Origin: Phoronis australis
Lineage: Eukaryota; Animalia; Phoronida
Assembly: GCA_002633005.1 (NCBI GenBank)
Contig: NMRA01000063.1
Location: 1,109,449 to 1,173,448, forward strand
Reading direction: 5' to 3'
Length of the DNA stretch: 64,000 nt
Notes under the pieces: generated by a model
What the model saw: only the letters and a program-made list of their open reading frames with translations
What the model was told of the DNA's origin: nothing
Databases searched by the model: none
In this document: piece by piece, positions 56,746-64,000 of the stretch
How the letters are laid out: each line of letters opens with the position of its first letter
Position numbering within the stretch: the stretch's first letter is position 1
Made by a program: the position numbers and the translations under genes

Positions 56746-56860
56746 GTTTTGTGTGGTAAATGCAACAATGGTTTAGGGCATGAGTTTATTGGAGATGGTC
56801 CCAAGAGCCAATCCCGGTTCTGAATCTTCAGTGACTCCCTTAAGTTTGTTCCAGGTTCTG
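56746..56860 (+). CDS. MSRB1: MSRB1 coding exon 3 with selenocysteine codon TGA at 56821-56823
   Basis: TTTCAG| acceptor; [38 protein letters not shown]; MsrB1 homology continues past the TGA; donor G|GTAAGA; 115 nt. Confidence 0.95.
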
Positions 56861-56989
56861 GTAAGATATTCTCTTTAATGTTGCATGGTCATGTTGAACT
56901 ACTCAACTTGTTTAGTACTAAAACCTAAATAAGTCTCTGAGGCTCCTTATTGTGGTAGAAATCTGTCAACAAAATTGAAGGACACACAG

Positions 56990-58757
56990 TTTTTATGCGC
57001 CCACATATTTATATGTGGTCACATATTGCTGTCGTCTCTGTCAGTCTGGGCATCCGGTGTCAGCAGCTATATCTCTTAAACCCCTCAAAGGATCTTGATG
57101 AGATTTGACAGTTGTGTTCCTACGAAGCTGATGTGGGTTGACTACAAATTTCGGACCTCTCCAACTGCTGGTGTGTCCCCTAGTGGCAATTTTAGTTTTT
57201 TTACGCTTACCTCTGTATCTTTGGAACTCCTCAACGTATTTTCATAAAATGTGGAATATAGGCATCTATTAGTAAGATGAAACTATCCTCTCATTTTCAG
57301 TTGGATTCAACTTAGTTTGCGCCACCTAGTGGCCATATTTACTGTTTTTGAGCCTGCTTTTTGGCTTTCCACTCCTCTGTCAACCAAACCCCTTTAAAGA
57401 TGATTGTGAAAATTGGCATGAATGTTCTTACAAGAAGAGGATGGCTGACGATGATTTTCTGACACCTTTGAGTACTGCGGCGCATCCTAGTGGCAATTAT
57501 GTTTTTTGTGCTCATGGCTGTATTTCCTAAACTGTTTGCAGGATTTTTACTAACTTTAGCTAGTGTATTTATATGACGTTGACAAGGCATGATGATGACT
57601 TTCACATGGATCGAACTACCAGTGTGCCTCCTAGTGGCAATTTTTATTTTTTTACCTGTGTCTTTAAAGGACCTCAGCATATTTTCATAAGTTTGGAGTA
57701 GGGCCTACAAGCATCTATTGGTGAGATAACTCTATCATCCGGTTTTCGGATGGATTCGAGGTATTTTGCACCACCTAGTGGCCATTTTTACTGTTTTTGA
57801 GTCGGGTTTTTGGCGTTCACCACTTCATCGACCAAATTGCTCTAAGGATGATTGTGGAAATTGGCATTTACTTTCTTAATATGAAGAGGATGGCTGACGA
57901 TGATTTTCCGATGACATCGAGTACTGTGGTGCCTGATACTGGCAGTTTGTTTTTTTGCGCCCATGGCTGTATCTCCTAAACAGTTTGTAGGATCTTTACT
58001 AAATTTAACAAGTGTATTTATATGATGTTGACAACAAACAATGATGACTTTTGCACGGATCTGACCACCAGTGTACCCCTAGTGGCAATTTTAGTTTTTT
58101 ATGTTTACCGCTGTATATTCAAAGGTCCTCAACAGAGTTTCATATAATTCAGAATATAGGCATGTATTATTGGGGTGACGCTATCCTCCCATTTTCTGAT
58201 GGATTCAAGGTATTTTGCACCACCTAGTTGCCATTTTTTACTGTTTTCGAGTCCGTTTTTGGCGTCCACCCCTCTATCAACTAAACCATTCTTAGGATGA
58301 TTTTTAAAATTGGTGTATATGCATGTTCTTTGTGAGAGGACGATTACGCTGACAGCTTCTTCTGTAGCACCTCCTAGTGGTGGTTTTGTTTTGTTTTGTT
58401 TTGCGGCCATAGCTGTAACTCCTAAACCCACTGTAGGATCTTTATTAAATTTAGTAAATGTATTTATATGAAGCTAACAATAGATGACGACTTTGAGGTG
58501 GATGCTGTGTCCCCTAATGGCAATTTCATTTTTTTTGTTCCGTTTTCCTTTGTTTCTCTGAAGTTCCTTGACAGATGTTTATGAAATTTGGTAAATAGCT
58601 TTCTATTAAAGAAGCGATGGCATGTTCCGTTTTCAGAAGGATTGGACATGTTGCGCCATCTAGTGGCCATTTTTATGACAGAAATGAACAACTCTAGAAG
58701 CACATTGTTTGCGGTGCATTCATGGGCGCATTTCAACGCTACACATTGCTCTTGTTT
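56990..58757 (+). mobile_element. HINE copy E, complete and uninterrupted (MSRB1 intron 3)
   Basis: 5' TTTTTATGCGCCCACATATTTATATGTGG, GTCY tract, 11 monomers, 3' subTIR GGGCGCAT and CTCTTGTTT. Confidence 0.85.
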
Positions 58758-59153
58758 GCTTATGTTCTAATGTGTTAAATGAATTGATAAGATGTTAACC
58801 TTTTAAGAAACCACTGTTGGAAATAATACAGAAACATTTTTAAAATGATGCAAGAGGCACTGTGTTAAACTTAAAAAGCAATATATGTAAATGCCAGTGG
58901 GATCTGTTGCTGACAAATACACTGTATTGAGTTGTTAGGAGGGGGTGAGGTGTTATGTCACGGTTCACATGTGACATCATTTAATTGAGTTTTACAAGTC
59001 ATGTTAGAATTTTGTTTCTCTCCTGCTCGTCATCAATTGTTTCGCCTCTCTGATCGCAAATAAGAAAAACACCAGTTTGATGCTTATGCACAGATTATCT
59101 GAGGCCAATTTGGTCGTTATCCGTGCTCAGTAGACGTAATTTCCTGTTTTCAG

Positions 59154-59179
59154 GTCAAATGAATGGGGAGAAGCATTAA
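59154..59179 (+). CDS. MSRB1: MSRB1 terminal coding exon (GQMNGEKH-stop)
   Basis: Acceptor TTCCTGTTTTCAG|, phase-compatible with exon 3; total CDS 339 nt = 112 aa plus stop; followed by a SECIS-bearing region. Confidence 0.75.
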
Positions 59180-59909
59180 CTCAGCGTCTGACTGCTGCTG
59201 GGTTAACGTAGCAAGGAACACAGTCCACGTACCATGATTGTGGCAAGCAAAAACCAGACTGTTCTGTTAAAAATTTGCTAATTTGTCTTTCTGAAGATCA
59301 CATAATTTGTCAGACAGTTTCAAATGCGGTCAGCAACCAGAAGTTCAGGGCTGAGGATCATCTTTCAGACAGGAAAACAATGGGTAGGGATATGCTTTTG
59401 TATATGGAAAATCCAGCCCAACACAATACTTGAACAACTGGGAAACTATGTACTCGGATAATACATAGACAATGCCAATATAATGACAAATCCTGCACCC
59501 ATACAATACAAAGGTAATGACAAACTGTGTACCAAAGGGTGTAACATAACCAACACCTACCCTCACTGGGGTTTACCACGACACCTAATACCTGAGTTTA
59601 CACTACCACAAGAGAAAATAAAAAATACATTGAGACGAGGCAAAATACCTGGCCAAGCTGGCAGCACATCCCCACTGACGCCTCCTATTGGATACCCCTC
59701 AAGATACGGAGACGCCACATGACTTCATTGTTCCATCTCAACGGTGTAAAATTAATACAATTACAGACAATCGTGTTTCTGTGCAGGTAGTTACCTAGCT
59801 GTATTATGTAGTGTCACCATGGTAACGATCAGTATCACAATTACCCACAAGTGGACTTGGGTTTCTTGATGCGTTGACACCAAGGCCTTCAATAAAGACC
59901 CTGGCTACA

Positions 59910-60000
59910 ATCCTCTCACATTCTGATTGTATGAAGACTTCTGGCCACAGCCTCCTGAGGAAAGCCAGTTGACTGATGGTATTCAGTGTGCTGTTAGGAT
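59910..60000 (+). promoter_or_regulatory. SECIS element (form 2-like) in the MSRB1 3' UTR
   Basis: Helix I CACATT/AGTGTG; core ATGAA (59931) ... TGAT (59974); helix II including CTGGC/GCCAG; apical mini-stem CCT(C)/(G)AGG. Folded by hand. Confidence 0.8.
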
Positions 60001-61020
60001 GGTATTCACTACATTTATTGATGGGCTTCATTCTAAAGAAGGCATATAATTTTAAGTACATTTTTCAATGTTATCATTGGTGTGTGGAATTTAATAATTA
60101 AAATAAGACATTTTCCTAGAAATTAGCAGTGAATTTTGCTTGTAACACACATAGTGTTATACTAGCCCATATTGTTCTCAGGTCAAATGTATATTGCACA
60201 ATTTATTTATCAACATGTACTTCCTCATTGTTGTATCTCAAATAAATTGATGAAAAAGACATTACCTTGTTTAAAATTCCATCCTTCTACTTTAACAGGA
60301 ACATTTTTTGTCAAGCTACAAAATGATTTAGAGGCGTGTACCTGTGCCATTTTTAGCGAAGGTAAGCTAATCAGGGCAGATCACTGCGTTCCATGTATTA
60401 AAGCTGTCAACACATACATTCCCTGGCATGAACATTGGATAAAAACTAGCCTCACACGTGCATGTCTAAAGGTCAAACTGTACTGCCAAACTGTCATTAC
60501 ACTCGGTGATCTTGCAGATCTCAAATCTTGATATAACCCACAGTTAATACGTATCTTTACAATATTTGCAAGCAATGTACTTCATTGAGAGGAGACTGCC
60601 TCTGTTGGCAGTCACCATGGCAACATTGGCCGCAATTCATTACAAGAATAACGATTTGCTTTATGCATTAAGTACAGTTGAGTCAACTTTGCGTGGTACT
60701 TGTTTACCAAAACGGAGTCCATCACTTTGGATGTAATCAAGCTATAGAAAACTAAAGACCTGGAAAAAGTCACTTTATTGCCAATAGTATTTGACAAATT
60801 GTTATAATCTCAATTATTTGTTGCAACACCTTGCTTCCTGCTGTGCATCATCTATCCTACACATAGTGAACAAACAAGATGGCACAGCATTTATCCTCTC
60901 CCTTCTGGTAGCCTTGCAGAGAAATAAAATTAGTAAAATTAATAAAAATTGTTCCTAAACTGGCTCGGGTTCAATTCATGGGTGACTTATAAGTCAACCC
61001 AGAGACATAGTGAATAAAGG

Positions 61021-63720
61021 AAACAAGATCAACGCAGACCATTGAAATACGCCCACAAATGCACCGCAAACGGTGTGCTTCTAGGGGTGTTTATTTATAT
61101 CATTAAAATGTGGCCACTAGATGGTGAAAAATACATTGACTCCATCTGAAAACTGGTATATATCATCAAAGCTATTTATCAAATTACATAACAAGAGCAA
61201 CGCAGAGCATTGAAATGCGCCCACAATTGCACCGCATACGGTATCCTTCTAGGGTTGTTTATTGGTACCATAAAGTGGCCAGTAGAGGGCATATATGTAG
61301 TATGTTGTACTTAGCAAAATGGAAAGGCATGGTCATTGTCTCCTCAATAGGCTAGGGGAGAAATGTGAGTAATCTTCATAATACAAGCACATCCTATACA
61401 CCAGTTGCTTGAAGCACCACAGAAACATAGAATTAAAAACAAATTTACCAACATACAAGATTAGCACAGCATTAGAATGCCAGAAACAAATTTCTACTTG
61501 GAACTTTTCCTTCACAGTCACGAAGTAACACAAAGTATACACCTGAAGACCTATGAAAATACAGAGGTCAATGTAAAATACTNNNNNNNNNNNNNNNNNN
61601 NNNNNNNNNNNNNNNNNNNNNNNNNNNNNNNNNNNNNNNNNNNNNNNNNNNNNNNNNNNNNNNNNNNNNNNNNNNNNNNNNNNNNNNNNNNNNNNNNNNN
61701 NNNNNNNNNNNNNNNNNNNNNNNNNNNNNNNNNNNNNNNNNNNNNNNNNNNNNNNNNNNNNNNNNNNNNNNNNNNNNNNNNNNNNNNNNNNNNNNNNNNN
61801 NNNNNNNNNNNNNNNNNNNNNNNNNNNNNNNNNNNNNNNNNNNNNNNNNNNNNNNNNNNNNNNNNNNNNNNNNNNNNNNNNNNNNNNNNNNNNNNNNNNN
61901 NNNNNNNNNNNNNNNNNNNNNNNNNNNNNNNNNNNNNNNNNNNNNNNNNNNNNNNNNNNNNNNNNNNNNNNNNNNNNNNNNNNNNNNNNNNNNNNNNNNN
62001 NNNNNNNNNNNNNNNNNNNNNNNNNNNNNNNNNNNNNNNNNNNNNNNNNNNNNNNNNNNNNNNNNNNNNNNNNNNNNNNNNNNNNNNNNNNNNNNNNNNN
62101 NNNNNNNNNNNNNNNNNNNNNNNNNNNNNNNNNNNNNNNNNNNNNNNNNNNAGGTGCCTACATACCAAATTTCATGAAAATCCGTTCAGGACTTTTGAAG
62201 ATACAAAGGTAAGCGTAAAAAACTAAAATTGCCACTAGGGGGCACACCGGTAGTCGGATCCGTCCGAAAGTTCGCACATGCCGTCCCATTCATGAATGGA
62301 ACATATGTGCCAAATTTCATGAACGTATGTCAAAGGGTTTTGGAGATAGAGCAGCGGATGCCGCCCGGACGGACGGAGACGACGGCATAATGCGTCCACA
62401 TATAAATATGTGGGCGCATAAAAATCCATCAAGGAACGTCTGAGAAACCGAGGAAAACAGAATGAAATTGCCACTAGGAGGCTATGGGCGCAAAAACACA
62501 TAACTGCCACTAGGATGCACCACAGTTGATGAAGTCGGAAAAATCGTCAATTGTCCTCTTCATATATGCCAGTTTTCACAATCATCCTTGGAGTGGTTTG
62601 GTTGATAGAGGGGCGGATGCCAAAAACAGACTAGAAAGCAGTAAAAATAGCCACCAGATGGCACAAAATTTGTCGAATCCATCTGAAAACAGGAACATGT
62701 CGTTTCAATAGAAAGCTATTTACCAAATTTCATAAAAATCCATCAAGCAGCTTCAGAGAAACAGGAAAATGGAAAAGAATGAAACTGCCACTAGGGGGAA
62801 CAATGTTTATCGGATCCATCTGAAAGTAGTCATTCGTCATCAACTTCATATAAATACACTTGCTAAATTTAATAAAGATGCCGCAGAGAGTTTAGGAGAT
62901 AAAGCCACGGGCGTAAAAAAACTACCACTAAGAGGGGCCACAGTAGTCGAGGTCGTCAGAAAATCATCGTCAGCCGTCCTCTTCACTAGGTCGCGCAAAA
63001 TACCTCAAATCAATCTGAAAACTGGAGGATAGTGTCACCTCACTAATAGATGCCTAACTGCCAAATTTTATGAAAATCTGTAGAGGACCTTTGAAGGTAC
63101 AGAGGTACACATAAAACAAATAAAATTGCCACTAGGGGCACACTGGTAGTCCGAACAGTCCAAAAGTTGTCATCGTTTGTTATCAACTTCATATAAATAC
63201 ACTTGCAAAATTTAATAAAGATCCTATAGATCATTTAGGTGATACAGCCATGGACGTAAAAACAAAACTACCACTAGGTGGTGCCACAGTAGTCGAAGTC
63301 GTCAGAAAATCATCACCAGCTGCCCTGTTTACAGTAAGAAGATACATGCACAATCATCCCTAGAGCAGTTTGGTTGATACAGGGGCGGACGCCAATAAAC
63401 AGACTCGAAAACAGTAAAAATGGACACTGGGTGGCGCAAAGTACGGGAGGATAGCTTCCTCTCACTAACAGATGCCTAATTGCCAAATGTTATAATGACA
63501 ATTCGTAGAGGACCTCCGAAGATTCAGAGGTAAACGTAAAAAAACTAAAATTGCCACTAGGGAGCACGCAGCTGTTGTCAGCTTCATAAGAACACATCTG
63601 CCAAACTTTATCAAGAACCTGTGAGAGGCTTAGGAGATACAGCTCTGGACGATGGACGCCCAGAAAGAGATGTGGGCAATATGCATGCACATATATATGT
63701 AAGTATGTGGGCACATAAAA
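61021..63720 (-). mobile_element. HINE copy F with a second HINE nested inside (~61190-62423)
   Basis: Two AACAAGA ends (61021, 61190) and two GGGCRCATAAAA ends (62423, 63720); host sequence rejoins across the inner copy as in copy A. Confidence 0.75.
61583..62150. other. Assembly gap
   Basis: Run of N. Confidence 1.
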
Positions 63721-64000
63721 TGGATATACCTTGAATTAAATTGCAATGCAGGTATAACCACCTTTAAGATATGGTCTGCATGCAGCCAGGTCATTCAAAA
63801 GGCAAGATACTTCCTACCTATTTGGTTAATGTATAAAGCATTTAAACATCTGAAGACAAAGCCACAAACCAAGATATTTCACATTTTTAATTGGAGGTCT
63901 TCCTATGTCACCAGAGATGATTACATGTCAATTAAATGGTCTTAAATGTATTTGTGAGAGTTCTTAGTTTTTGCAAAACGAACAATAGTACTGGACTGTT

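Noticed and set aside
59233-59290. Alternative SECIS (ATGA...AAAAA hairpin)
   Set aside because: No GA on the 3' strand opposite the core, so it cannot form the quartet
61477-62226. 249-aa and 205-aa ORFs
   Set aside because: Artefacts of translating the N gap

Overview
This is AT-rich, repeat-dense animal genomic DNA, most likely from a bilaterian invertebrate; it is not prokaryotic, and most track ORFs are spurious or repeat-derived. Two host genes are supported. (1) A complete four-exon selenoprotein gene, MSRB1/SelR (+ strand, 47411-59179, 112 aa), has an in-frame TGA (Sec92) and a SECIS-like hairpin at about 59910-60000. (2) The first coding exon of a cGMP-dependent protein kinase (PKG, - strand, 11053-11561) is present, and the rest of that gene runs off the left edge. 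The remainder is mobile DNA: a decayed CR1/L2-type LINE, a Penelope-like remnant, MULE-, hAT- and Harbinger-like MITEs, minisatellites, and about seven Helentron/DINE-1-like (HINE) elements. The most unusual signal is that these HINEs carry internal arrays of ~145-bp monomers, most of which hold one co-oriented CTCF-consensus motif. All calls are by eye; no searches or folding programs were run.
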